A stretch of DNA of 64,000 nt from positions 1-64,000 of the forward strand of contig JAUCBJ010003901.1 of the NCBI GenBank assembly GCA_032718475.1, written 5' to 3'. A model generated the notes under the pieces. It made no database searches. It was not told where the DNA came from and worked only from the letters and a program-made list of their open reading frames with translations. A program made the position numbers and the translations under genes. This document shows positions 28,101 through 41,200 of the stretch, piece by piece. The stretch is from Nemertoderma westbladi. Taxonomy: Eukaryota; Animalia; Xenacoelomorpha. Position 1 is the stretch's first letter. Every line of letters begins with the position of its first letter.

Positions 28101-31100
28101 TAGGTAGGCCCTACTGTTTATCTGATATACTGTATATCTGATATACTGTTTGTTATACAAATATCGGATATAGGTAGGCCCTACTGTTTATCTGTTATAC
28201 TGTTTGTTATACAAATATCGGATATCGGTAGGCCCTACTGCTTATCTGATATACTGTTTGTTATACAAATATCGGATATCGGTAGGCCCTACTGTTTATC
28301 TGATATACTGTTTGTTATACAAATATCGGATATCGGTAGGCCCTACTGTTTATCTGATATACCGTTTGTTATACAAATATCGGATATCGGTAGGCCCTAC
28401 TGTTTATCTGATATACTGTTTGTTATACAAATATCGGATATCGGTAGGCCCTACAGTTTATCTGATATACTGTTTGTTATACAAATATCGGATATCGGTA
28501 GGCCCTACAGTTTATCTGATATACTGTTTGTTATACAAATATCGGATATCGGTAGGCCCTACTGTTTATCTGATATACTGTTTGTTATACAAATATCGGA
28601 TATCGGTAGGTCCTACTGTTTATCTGATATACTGTTTGTTATACAAATATCGGATATCGGTAGGCCCTACTGTTTATCTGATATACTGTTTGTTATACAA
28701 ATATCGGATATCGGTAGGCCTTACTGTTTATCTGATATACTGTTTGTTATACAAATATCGGATATCGGTAGGTCCTACTGTTTATCTGATATACTGTTTG
28801 TTATACAAATATCGGATATAGGTAGGCCCTACTGTTTATCTGATATACTGTTTATCTGATATACTGTTTGTTATACAAATATCGGATATCGGTAGGCCCT
28901 ACTGTTTATCTGATATACTGTTTGTTATACAAATATCGGATATAAGTAGGCCCTATTGTTTATCTGATATACTGTTTATCTGATATACTGTTTGTTATAC
29001 AAATATCGGATATCGGTAGGCCCTACTGTTTATCTGATATACTGTTTGTTATACAAATATCGGATATCGGTAGGCCTTACTGTTTATCTGATATACTGTT
29101 TGTTATACAAATATCGGATATAGGTAGGCCCTACTGTTTAATACTGTTTGTTATACAAATATCGGATATCGGTAGGCCCTACTGTTTATCGATATACTGT
29201 TTGTTATACAAATATCGGATATCGGTAGGCCCTACTGTTTGTCTGATATACTGTTTGTTATACAAATATCGGATATCGGTAGGCCCTACTGTTTATCTGA
29301 TATACTGTTTGTTATACAAATATCGGATATAGGTAGGCCCTACTGTTTATCTGATATACTGTTTGTTATACAAATATCGGATATCGGTAGGCCTTACTGT
29401 TTATCTGATATACTGTTTGTTATACAAATATCGGATATAGGTAGGCCCTACTGTTTAATACTGTTTGTTATACAAATATCGGATATCGGTAGGCCCTACT
29501 GTTTATCGATATACTGTTTGTTATACAAATATCGGATATCGGTAGGCCCTACTGTTTGTCTGATATACTGTTTGTTATACAAATATCGGATATCGGTAGG
29601 CCCTACTGTTTATCTGATATACTGTTTGTTATACAAATATCGGATATAAGTAGGCCCTATTGTTTATCTGATATACTGTTTGTTATACAAATATCGGATA
29701 TCGGTAGCTACTGTTTATCTGATATACTGTTTGTTATACAAATATCGGATATCGGTAGGCCCTACTGTTTATCTGATATACTGTTTGTTATACAAATATC
29801 GGATATCGGTAGCTACTGTTTATCTGATATACTGTTTGTTATACAAATATCGGATATCGGTAGGCCCTACTGTTTATCTGATATACTGTTTGTTATACAA
29901 ATATCGGATATAAGTAGGCCCTATTGTTTATCTGATATACTGTTTGTTATACAAATATCGGATATCGGTAGCTACTGTTTATCTGATATACTGTTTGTTA
30001 TACAAATATCGGATATCGGTAGGCCCTACTGTTTATCTGATATACTGTTTGTTATACAAATATCGGATATCGGTAGGCCCTACTGTTTATCTGATATACT
30101 GTTTGTTATACAAATATCGGATATCGGTAGGCCCTACTGTTTATCTGATATACTGTTTGTTATACAAATATCGGATATCGGTAGGCCCTACTGTTTATCT
30201 GATATACTGTTTGTTATACAAATATCGGATATCGGTAGCTACTGTTTATCTGATATACTGTTTGTTATACAAATATCGGATATCGGTAGGCCCTACTGTT
30301 TATCTGATATACTGTTTGTTATACAAATATCGGATATCGGTAGGCCCTACTGTTTATCTGATATACTGTTTGTTATACAAATATCGGATATCGGTAGGCC
30401 CTACTGTTTATCTGATATACTGTTTATCTGATATACTGTTTGTTATACAAATATCGGATATCGGTAGCTACTGTTTATCTGATATACTGTTTGTTATACA
30501 AATATCGGATATCGGTAGGCCCTACTGTTTATCTGATATACTGTTTGTTATACAAATATCGGATATAAGTAGGCCCTATTGTTTATCTGATATACTGTTT
30601 GTTATACAAATATCGGATATCGGTAGGCCCTACTGTTTAATACTGTTTGTTATACAAATATCGGATATCGGTAGGCCCTACTGTTTATCGATATACTGTT
30701 TGTTATACAAATATCGGATATCGGTAGGCCCTACTGTTTGTCTGATATACTGTTTGTTATACAAATATCGGATATCGGTAGGCCCTACTGTTTATCTGAT
30801 ATACTGTTTGTTATACAAATATCGGATATCGGTAGGCCTTACTGTTTATCTGATATACTGTTTGTTATACAAATATCGGATATAGGTAGGCCCTACTGTT
30901 TAATACTGTTTGTTATACAAATATCGGATATCGGTAGGCCCTACTGTTTATCGATATACTGTTTGTTATACAAATATCGGATATCGGTAGGCCCTACTGT
31001 TTGTCTGATATACTGTTTGTTATACAAATATCGGATATCGGTAGGCCCTACTGTTTATCTGATATACTGTTTGTTATACAAATATCGGATATAAGTAGGC

Positions 31101-34100
31101 CCTATTGTTTATCTGATATACTGTTTGTTATACAAATATCGGATATCGGTAGCTACTGTTTATCTGATATACTGTTTGTTATACAAATATCGGATATCGG
31201 TAGCTACTGTTTATCTGATATACTGTTTGTTATACAAATATCGGATATCGGTAGGCCCTACTGTTTATCTGATATACTGTTTGTTATACAAATATCGGAT
31301 ATAAGTAGGCCCTATTGTTTATCTGATATACTGTTTGTTATACAAATATCGGATATCGGTAGCTACTGTTTATCTGATATACTGTTTGTTATACAAATAT
31401 CGGATATCGGTAGGCCCTACTGTTTATCTGATATACTGTTTGTTATACAAATATCGGATATCGGTAGGCCCTACTGTTTATCTGATATACTGTTTGTTAT
31501 ACAAATATCGGATATCGGTAGGCCCTACTGTTTATCTGATATACTGTTTGTTATACAAATATCGGATATCGGTAGCTACTGTTTATCTGATATACTGTTT
31601 GTTATACAAATATCGGATATCGGTAGGCCCTACTGTTTATCTGATATACTGTTTGTTATACAAATATCGGATATAGGTAGGCCCTACTGTTTATCTGATA
31701 TACTGTTTGTTATACAAATATCGGATATCGGTAGCCTACTGTTTATCTGATATACTGTTTGTTATACAAATATCGGATATCGGTAGGCCCTACTGTTTAT
31801 CTGATATACTGTTTGTTATACAAATATCGGATATCGGTAGGCCCTACTGTTTATCTGATATACTGTTTGTTATACAAATATCGGATATCGGTAGGCCCTA
31901 CTGTTTATCTGATATACTGTTTGTTATACAAATATCGGATATCGGTAGGCCCTACTGTTTATCTGATATACTGTTTGTTATACAAATATCGGATATCGGT
32001 AGGCCTACTGTTTATCTGATATACTGTTTGTTATACAAATATCGGATATCGGTAGCTACTGTTTATCTGATATACTGTTTGTTATACAAATATCGGATAT
32101 CGGTAGGCCCTACTGTTTATCTGATATACTGTTTGTTATACAAATATCGGATATCGGTAGGCCCTACTGTTTATCTGATATACTGTTTGTTATACAAATA
32201 TCGGATATCGGTAGCCTACTGTTTATCTGATATACTGTTTGTTATACAAATATCGGATATCGGTAGGCCCTACTGTTTATCTGATATACTGTTTGTTATA
32301 CAAATATCGGATATCGGTAGGCCCTACTGTTTATCTGATATACTGTTTGTTATACAAATATCGGATATCGGTAGGCCCTACTGTTTATCTGATATACTGT
32401 TTGTTATACAAATATCGGATATCGGTAGGCCCTACTGTTTATCTGATATACTGTTTGTTATACAAATATCGGATATCGGTAGGCCCTACTGTTTATCTGA
32501 TATACTGTTTGTTATACAAATATCGGATATCGGTAGGCCCTACTGTTTATCTGATATACTGTTTGTTATACAAATATCGGATATAGGTAGGCCCTACTGT
32601 TTATCTGATATACTGTTTGTTATACAAATATCGGATATCGGTAGGCCTACTGTTTATCTGATATACTGTTTGTTATACAAATATCGGATATCGGTAGGCC
32701 CTACTGTTTATCTGATATACTGTTTGTTATACAAATATCGGATATCGGTAGGCCCTACTGTTTATCTGATATACTGTTTGTTATACAAATATCGGATATC
32801 GGTAGGCCCTACTGTTTATCTGATATACTGTTTGTTATACAAATATCGGATATCGGTAGGCCCTACTGTTTATCTGATATACTGTTTGTTATACAAATAT
32901 CGGATATCGGTAGGCCCTACTGTTTATCTGATATACTGTTTGTTATACAAATATCGGATATCGGTAGGCCCTACTGTTTATCTGATATACTGTTTGTTAT
33001 ACAAATATCGGATATCGGTAGGCCCTACTGTTTATCTGATATACTGTTTGTTATACAAATATCGGATATCGGTAGGCCCTACTGTTTATCTGATATACTG
33101 TTTGTTATACAAATATCGGATATCGGTAGGCCCTACTGTTTATCTGATATACTGTTTGTTATACAAATATCGGATATCGGTAGGCCCTACTGTTTATCTG
33201 ATATACTGTTTGTTATACAAATATCGGATATCGGTAGGCCCTACTGTTTATCTGATATACTGTTTGTTATACAAATATCGGATATCGGTAGGCCCTACTG
33301 TTTATCTGATATACTGTTTGTTATACAAATATCGGATATCGGTAGGCCCTACTGTTTATCTGATATACTGTTTGTTATACAAATATCGGATATCGGTAGG
33401 CCTACTGTTTATCTGATATACTGTTTGTTATACAAATATCGGATATCGGTAGGCCCTACTGTTTATCTGATATACTGTTTGTTATACAAATATCGGATAT
33501 CGGTAGGCCCTACTGTTTATCTGATATACTGTTTGTTATACAAATATCGGATATCGGTAGGCCCTACTGTTTATCTGATATACTGTTTGTTATACAAATA
33601 TCGGATATCGGTAGGCCCTACTGTTTATCTGATATACTGTTTGTTATACAAATATCGGATATCGGTAGGCCCTACTGTTTATCTGATATACTGTTTGTTA
33701 TACAAATATCGGATATCGGTAGGCCCTACTGTTTATCTGATATACTGTTTGTTATACAAATATCGGATATCGGTAGGCCCTACTGTTTATCTGATATACT
33801 GTTTGTTATACAAATATCGGATATCGGTAGGCCCTACTGTTTATCTGATATACTGTTTGTTATACAAATATCGGATATCGGTAGGCCCTACTGTTTATCT
33901 GATATACTGTTTGTTATACAAATATCGGATATCGGTAGGCCCTACTGTTTATCTGATATACTGTTTGTTATACAAATATCGGATATCGGTAGGCCCTACT
34001 GTTTATCTGATATACTGTTTGTTATACAAATATCGGATATCGGTAGGCCCTACTGTTTATCTGATATACTGTTTGTTATACAAATATCGGATATCGGTAG

Positions 34101-37100
34101 GCCCTACTGTTTATCTGATATACTGTTTGTTATACAAATATCGGATATCGGTAGGCCCTACTGTTTATCTGATATACTGTTTGTTATACAAATATCGGAT
34201 ATCGGTAGGCCCTACTGTTTATCTGATATACTGTTTGTTATACAAATATCGGATATCGGTAGGCCCTACTGTTTATCTGATATACTGTTTGTTATACAAA
34301 TATCGGATATCGGTAGGCCCTACTGTTTATCTGATATACTGTTTGTTATACAAATATCGGATATCGGTAGGCCCTACTGTTTATCTGATATACTGTTTGT
34401 TATACAAATATCGGATATCGGTAGGCCCTACTGTTTATCTGATATACTGTTTGTTATACAAATATCGGATATCGGTAGGCCCTACTGTTTATCTGATATA
34501 CTGTTTGTTATACAAATATCGGATATCGGTAGGCCCTACTGTTTATCTGATATACTGTTTGTTATACAAATATCGGATATCGGTAGGCCCTACTGTTTAT
34601 CTGATATACTGTTTGTTATACAAATATCGGATATCGGTAGGCCCTACTGTTTATCTGATATACTGTTTGTTATACAAATATCGGATATCGGTAGGCCCTA
34701 CTGTTTATCTGATATACTGTTTGTTATACAAATATCGGATATCGGTAGGCCCTACTGTTTATCTGATATACTGTTTGTTATACAAATATCGGATATCGGT
34801 AGGCCCTACTGTTTATCTGATATACTGTTTGTTATACAAATATCGGATATCGGTAGGCCCTACTGTTTATCTGATATACTGTTTGTTATACAAATATCGG
34901 ATATCGGTAGGCCCTACTGTTTATCTGATATACTGTTTGTTATACAAATATCGGATATCGGTAGGCCCTACTGTTTATCTGATATACTGTTTGTTATACA
35001 AATATCGGATATCGGTAGGCCCTACTGTTTATCTGATATACTGTTTGTTATACAAATATCGGATATCGGTAGGCCCTACTGTTTATCTGATATACTGTTT
35101 GTTATACAAATATCGGATATCGGTAGGCCCTACTGTTTATCTGATATACTGTTTGTTATACAAATATCGGATATCGGTAGGCCCTACTGTTTATCTGATA
35201 TACTGTTTGTTATACAAATATCGGATATCGGTAGGCCCTACTGTTTATCTGATATACTGTTTGTTATACAAATATCGGATATCGGTAGGCCCTACTGTTT
35301 ATCTGATATACTGTTTGTTATACAAATATCGGATATCGGTAGGCCCTACTGTTTATCTGATATACTGTTTGTTATACAAATATCGGATATCGGTAGGCCC
35401 TACTGTTTATCTGATATACTGTTTGTTATACAAATATCGGATATCGGTAGGCCCTACTGTTTATCTGATATACTGTTTGTTATACAAATATCGGATATCG
35501 GTAGGCCCTACTGTTTATCTGATATACTGTTTGTTATACAAATATCGGATATCGGTAGGCCCTACTGTTTATCTGATATACTGTTTGTTATACAAATATC
35601 GGATATCGGTAGGCCCTACTGTTTATCTGATATACTGTTTGTTATACAAATATCGGATATCGGTAGGCCTTACTGTTTATCTGATATACTGTTTGTTATA
35701 CAAATATCGGATATAGGTAGGCCCTACTGTTTATCTATACTGTTTGTTATACAAATATCGGATATCGGTAGGCCCTACTGTTTATCTGATATACTGTTTG
35801 TTATACAAATATCGGATATCGGTAGGCCCTACTGTTTGTCTGATATACTGTTTGTTATACAAATATCGGATATCGGTAGGCCCTACTGTTTATCTGATAT
35901 ACTGTTTGTTATACAAATATCGGATATCGGTAGCCTACTGTTTATCTGATATACTGTTTGTTATACAAATATCGGATATCGGTAGCTACTGTTTATCTGA
36001 TATACTGTTTGTTATACAAATATCGGATATCGGTAGGCCCTACTGTTTATCTGATATACTGTTTGTTATACAAATATCGGATATAAGTAGGCCCTATTGT
36101 TTATCTGATATACTGTTTGTTATACAAATATCGGATATCGGTAGCTACTGTTTATCTGATATACTGTTTGTTATACAAATATCGGATATCGGTAGGCCCT
36201 ACTGTTTATCTGATATACTGTTTGTTATACAAATATCGGATATCGGTAGGCCCTACTGTTTATCTGATATACTGTTTGTTATACAAATATCGGATATCGG
36301 TAGGCCCTACTGTTTATCTGATATACTGTTTGTTATACAAATATCGGATATCGGTAGGCCCTACTGTTTATCTGATATACTGTTTGTTATACAAATATCG
36401 GATATCGGTAGCTACTGTTTATCTGATATACTGTTTGTTATACAAATATCGGATATCGGTAGGCCCTACTGTTTATCTGATATACTGTTTGTTATACAAA
36501 TATCGGATATAAGTAGGCCCTATTGTTTATCTGATATACTGTTTGTTATACAAATATCGGATATCGGTAGCTACTGTTTATCTGATATACTGTTTGTTAT
36601 ACAAATATCGGATATCGGTAGGCCCTACTGTTTATCTGATATACTGTTTGTTATACAAATATCGGATATCGGTAGGCCCTACTGTTTATCTGATATACTG
36701 TTTGTTATACAAATATCGGATATCGGTAGGCCCTACTGTTTATCTGATATACTGTTTGTTATACAAATATCGGATATCGGTAGGCCCTACTGTTTATCTG
36801 ATATACTGTTTGTTATACAAATATCGGATATCGGTAGGCCTTACTGTTTATCTGATATACTGTTTGTTATACAAATATCGGATATCGGTAGGCCCTACTG
36901 TTTATCTGATATACTGTTTGTTATACAAATATCGGATATCGGTAGGCCCTACTGTTTATCTGATATACTGTTTGTTTAACAAATATCGGATATCGGTAGG
37001 CCTTACTGTTTATCTGATATACTGTTTGTTATACAAATATCGGATATAGGTAGGCCCTACTGTTTAATACTGTTTGTTATACAAATATCGGATATCGGTA

Positions 37101-38082
37101 GGCCCTACTGTTTATCTGATATACTGTTTGTTATACAAATATCGGATATCGGTAGGCCCTACTGTTTGTCTGATATACTGTTTGTTATACAAATATCGGA
37201 TATCGGTAGGCCCTACTGTTTATCTGATATACTGTTTGTTATACAAATATCGGATATAGGTAGGCCCTACTGTTTATCTGATATACTGTTTGTTATACAA
37301 ATATCGGATATAGGTAGGCCCTACTGTTTATCTGATATACTGTTTGTTATACAAATATCGGATATCGGTAGGCCCTACTGTTTATCTGATATACTGTTTG
37401 TTATACGAATATCGGATATCGGTAGGCCCTACTGTTTATCTGATATACTGTTTGTTATACAAATATCGGATATAGGTAGGCCCTACTGTTTATCTGATAT
37501 ACTGTATATCTGATATACTGTTTGTTATACAAATATCGCATATCGGTAGGCCCTACTGTTTATCTGATATACTGTTTGTTATACAAATATCGGATATAGG
37601 TAGGCCCTACTGTTTATCTGATATACTGTATATCTGATATACTGTTTGTTATACAAATATCGGATATAGGTAGGCCCTACTGTTTATCTGATATACTGTT
37701 TGTTATACAAATATCGGATATCGGTAGGCCCTACTGTTTATCTGATATACTGTTTGTTATACAAATATCGGATATCGGTAGGCCCTACTGTTTATCTGAT
37801 ATACTGTTTGTTATACAAATATCGGATATCGGTAGGCCCTACTGTTTATCTGATATACTGTTTGTTATACAAATATCGGATATCGGTAGGCCCTACTGTT
37901 TATCTGATATACTGTTTGTTATACAAATATCGGATATCGGTAGGCCCTACTGTTTATCTGATATACTGTTTGTTATACAAATATCGGATATCGGTAGGCC
38001 CTACTGTTTATCTGATATACTGTTTGTTATACAAATATCGGATATCGGTAGGCCCTACTGTTTATCTGATATACTGTTTGTT
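4187..38082 (+). repeat. Satellite A: 54-bp tandem array, ~33.9 kb, roughly 620 monomers, intronic
   Basis: Consensus ATATCGGATATCGGTAGGCCCTACTGTTTATCTGATATACTGTTTGTTATACAA, head-to-tail in one orientation. Recurrent variants include ATC/ATA, a 16-bp internal duplication (70-bp unit) and deletions giving 47, 48, 51 and 52-bp units. Confidence 0.98.
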
Positions 38083-38114
38083 CTCTCATCACCACAGATT
38101 ATATTCCCTTTCAG
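38083..38114 (+). promoter_or_regulatory. 3' splice acceptor region of the 59-bp exon
   Basis: The sequence ctctcatcaccacagattatattccctttcAG has a CTCAT branch-like motif, a pyrimidine tract and a CAG ending at 38114. Confidence 0.8.
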
Positions 38115-38173
38115 GGTCGGATATAGTATTCCAATGTTCTCGGGCTTCGTCATTCTATTTGTTTCAACACTCT
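38115..38173 (+). CDS. Vmat: Internal 59-bp coding exon of a vesicular monoamine transporter (SLC18A1/2-like, MFS); phase 2 in, phase 1 out
   Basis: tttcAG|G GTC GGA TAT AGT ATT CCA ATG TTC TCG GGC TTC GTC ATT CTA TTT GTT TCA ACA CTC T|GTGAGT translates to (R)VGYSIPMFSGFVILFVSTL(L). This closely matches the VMAT segment RIGYSIPMFAGFVIMFLSTL as I recall it. Splice sites are canonical, and the phases fit the upstream (..AAT AG) and downstream (TG TTC GCC TTT..) exon fragments. Confidence 0.92.
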
Positions 38174-38202
38174 GTGAGTCAATTAATTATACCATATAAT
38201 TA
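38174..38202 (+). promoter_or_regulatory. 5' splice donor (GTGAGT) and short unique intron start
   Basis: GTGAGT at 38174-38179 is followed by ~23 bp of unique AT-rich sequence before satellite B. Confidence 0.8.
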
Positions 38203-41200
38203 TGTTTTTGTTTACAGTGTTCGCCTTTGACGAGAACTACCCTTGTTTACTTATAGTGTGTTTTTGTTTACAGTGTTCGCCTTTGACGAGAACTTCCCTT
38301 GTTTACTTATAGTGTGTTTTTGTTTTCAGTGTTCGTCTTTGACGCGAACTACCCTTGTTTACTTATAGTGTGTTTTGTTTACAGTGTTCGCCTTTGGCGA
38401 GAACTACGCTTGTTTACTGATAGTGTATTTTTGTTTTCAGTGTTCGTCTTTGACGCGAACTACCCTTGTTTACTTATAGTGTATTTTTGTTTACAGTGTT
38501 CGCCTTTGGCGAGAACTACGCTTGTTTACTGATAGTGTATTTTTGTTTACAGTGTTCGCCTTTGACGAGAACTTCCCTTGTTTACTTATAGTGTGTTTTT
38601 GTTTTCAGTGTTCGTCTTTGACGCGAACTACCCTTGTTTACTTATAGTGTATTTTTGTTTACAGTGTTCGCCTTTGGCGAGAACTATGCTTGTTTACTGA
38701 TAGTGTATTTTTGTTTACAGTGTTCGCCTTTGGCGAGAACTACGCTTGTTTACTGATAGTGTATTTTTGTTTACAGTCTTCGCCTTTGGCGAGAATTACC
38801 CTAGTTTACTTATAGTGTGTTTTTGTTTTGTTTGCCTTTGGCGAGAACTACGCTTGTTTACTGATAGTGTATTTTTGGTTACAGTCTTCGCCTTTGGCGA
38901 GAATTACCCTTGTTTACTAATAGTGTGTTTTTGTTTTGTTTGCCTTTGGCGAGAACTACGCTTGTTTACTGATAGTGTATTTTTGTTTACAGTCTTCGCC
39001 TTTGGCGAGAATTACCCTTGTTTACTGATAGTGTGTTTTTGTTTTGTTTGCCTTTGGCGAGAACTACGCTTGTTTACTGATAGTGTATTTTTGTTTACAG
39101 TGTTCGCCTTTGTCGAGAACTACCCTTGTTTACTGATAGTGTGTTTTTGTTTTGTTTGCCTTCGGCGAGAACTACCCTTGTTTACTTATAGTGTGTTTTT
39201 GTCTATAGTGTTCGCCTTTGGCGAGAATTACCCTTGTTTACTGATAGTGTGTTTTTGTTTTGTTTGCCTTTAGCGAGAACTACGCTTGTTTACTGATAGT
39301 GTATTTTTGTTTACAGTCTTCGCCTTTGGCGAGAATTACCCTTATTTACTGATAGTGTGTTTTTGTTTTGTTTGCCTTTGGCGAGAACTACGCTTGTTTA
39401 CTGATAGTGTATTTTTGTTTACAGTCTTCGCCTTTGGCGAGAATTACCCTTGTTTACTGATAGTGTGTTTTTGTTTTGTTTGCCTTTGGCGAGAACTACG
39501 CTTGTTTACTGATAGTGTATTTTTGTTTACAGTCTTCGCCTTTGGCGAGAATTATCCTAGTTTACTTATAGTGTGTTTTTGTTTTGTTTGCCTTTGGCGA
39601 GAACTACGCTTGTTTACTGATAGTGTATTCTTGTTTACAGTCTTCGCCTTTGGCGAGAATTACCCTTGTTTACTGATAGTGTGTTTTTGTTTTGTTTGCC
39701 TTTGGCGAGAACTACGCTTGTTTACTGATAGTGTATTTTTGTTTACAGTCTTCGCCTTTGGCGAGAATTACCCTTGTTTACTGATAGTGTGTTTTTGTTT
39801 TGTTTGCCTTTGGCGAGAACTACGCTTGTTTACTGATAGTGTATTTTTGTTTACAGTGTTCGCCTTTGTCGAGAACTACCCTTGTTTACTGATAGTGTGT
39901 TTTTGTTTTGTTTGCCTTTGGCGAGAACTACGCTTGTTTACTGATAGTGTATTTTTGTTTACAGTGTTAGCCTTTGGCGAGAATTACCCTTGTTTACTGA
40001 TAGTGTATTTTTATTTTGTTTGCCTTTGGCGAGAACTACGCTTGTTTACTGATAGTGTATTTTTGTTTACAGTGTTCGCCATTGGCGAGAATTACCCTTG
40101 TTTACTGATAGTGTGTTTTTGTTTTGTTTGCCTTTGGCGAGAACTACCCTTGTTTACTTATAGTATGTTTTTGTCTACAGTGTTCGCCTTTGGCGAGAAT
40201 TACCCTTGTTTACTGATGGTGTGTTTTTGTTTTGTTTGCCTTTGGCGAGAACTACGCTTGTTTACTGATAGTGTATTTTTGTTTACAGTCTTCGCCTTTG
40301 GCGAGAATTACTCTTGTTTACTGATAGTATATGTTTGTTTTGTTTGCCTTTGGCGAGAACTACCCTTGTTTACTTATAGTGTGTTTTTGTCTACAGTGTT
40401 CGCCTTTGGCGAGAATTACCCTTGTTTACTGATAGTGTGTTTTTGTTTTGTTTGCCTTTGGCGAGAACTACGCTTGTTTACTGATAGTGTATTTTTGTTT
40501 ACAGTCTTCGCCTTTGGCGAGAATTACCCTTGTTTACTGATAGTGTGTTTTTGTTTTGTTTGCCTTTGGCGAGAACTACGCTTGTTTACTGATAGTATAT
40601 TTTTGTTTACAGTCTTCGCCTTTGGCGAGAATTACCCTTGTTTACTGATAGTGTGTTTTTGTTTTGTTTGCCTTTGGCGAGAACTACGCTTGTTTACTGA
40701 TAGTGTATTTTTGTTTACAGTCTTCGCCTTTGGCGAGAATTACCCTTGTTTACTGATAGTGTGTTTTTGTTTTGTTTGCCTTTGGCGAGAACTACGCTTG
40801 TTTACTGATAGTGTATTTTTGTTTACAGTCTTCGCCTTTGGCGAGAATTACCCTAGTTTACTTATAGGTGTTTTTGTTTTGTTTGCCTTTGGCGAGAATT
40901 ACGCTTGTTTACTGATAGTGTATTTTTGTTTACAGTCTTCGCCTTTGGCGAGAATTACCCTTGTTTACTGATAGTGTGTTTTTGTTTTGTTTGCCTTTGG
41001 CGAGAACTACGCTTGTTTACTGATAGTGTGTTTTTGTTTTGTTTGCCTTCGGCGAGAACTACGCTTGTTTACTGATAGTGTATTTTTGTTTACAGTGTTC
41101 GCCTTTGGCGAGAACTACCCTTGTTTACTTATAGTGTGTTTTTGTTTTGTTCGCCTTTGGCGAGAACTACCCTTGTTTACTGATAGTGTGTTTTTGTTTT

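Noticed and set aside
38115-38173. Assignment to the vesicular acetylcholine transporter (SLC18A3)
   Set aside because: GYSIPMFxGFVI fits VMAT-type proteins better than VAChT as I recall them, and VAChT coding regions are typically intron-poor. A VMAT paralogue cannot be excluded without a phylogeny.
4474-38230. Many + strand ORFs, up to 763 aa, of (LYKYRISVGPTVYLIYCL)n or (SDILFVIQISDIGRPYCL)n
   Set aside because: The 54-bp unit is a multiple of 3 with stop-free frames. Frequent frame-breaking indels and stop variants show no coding constraint.
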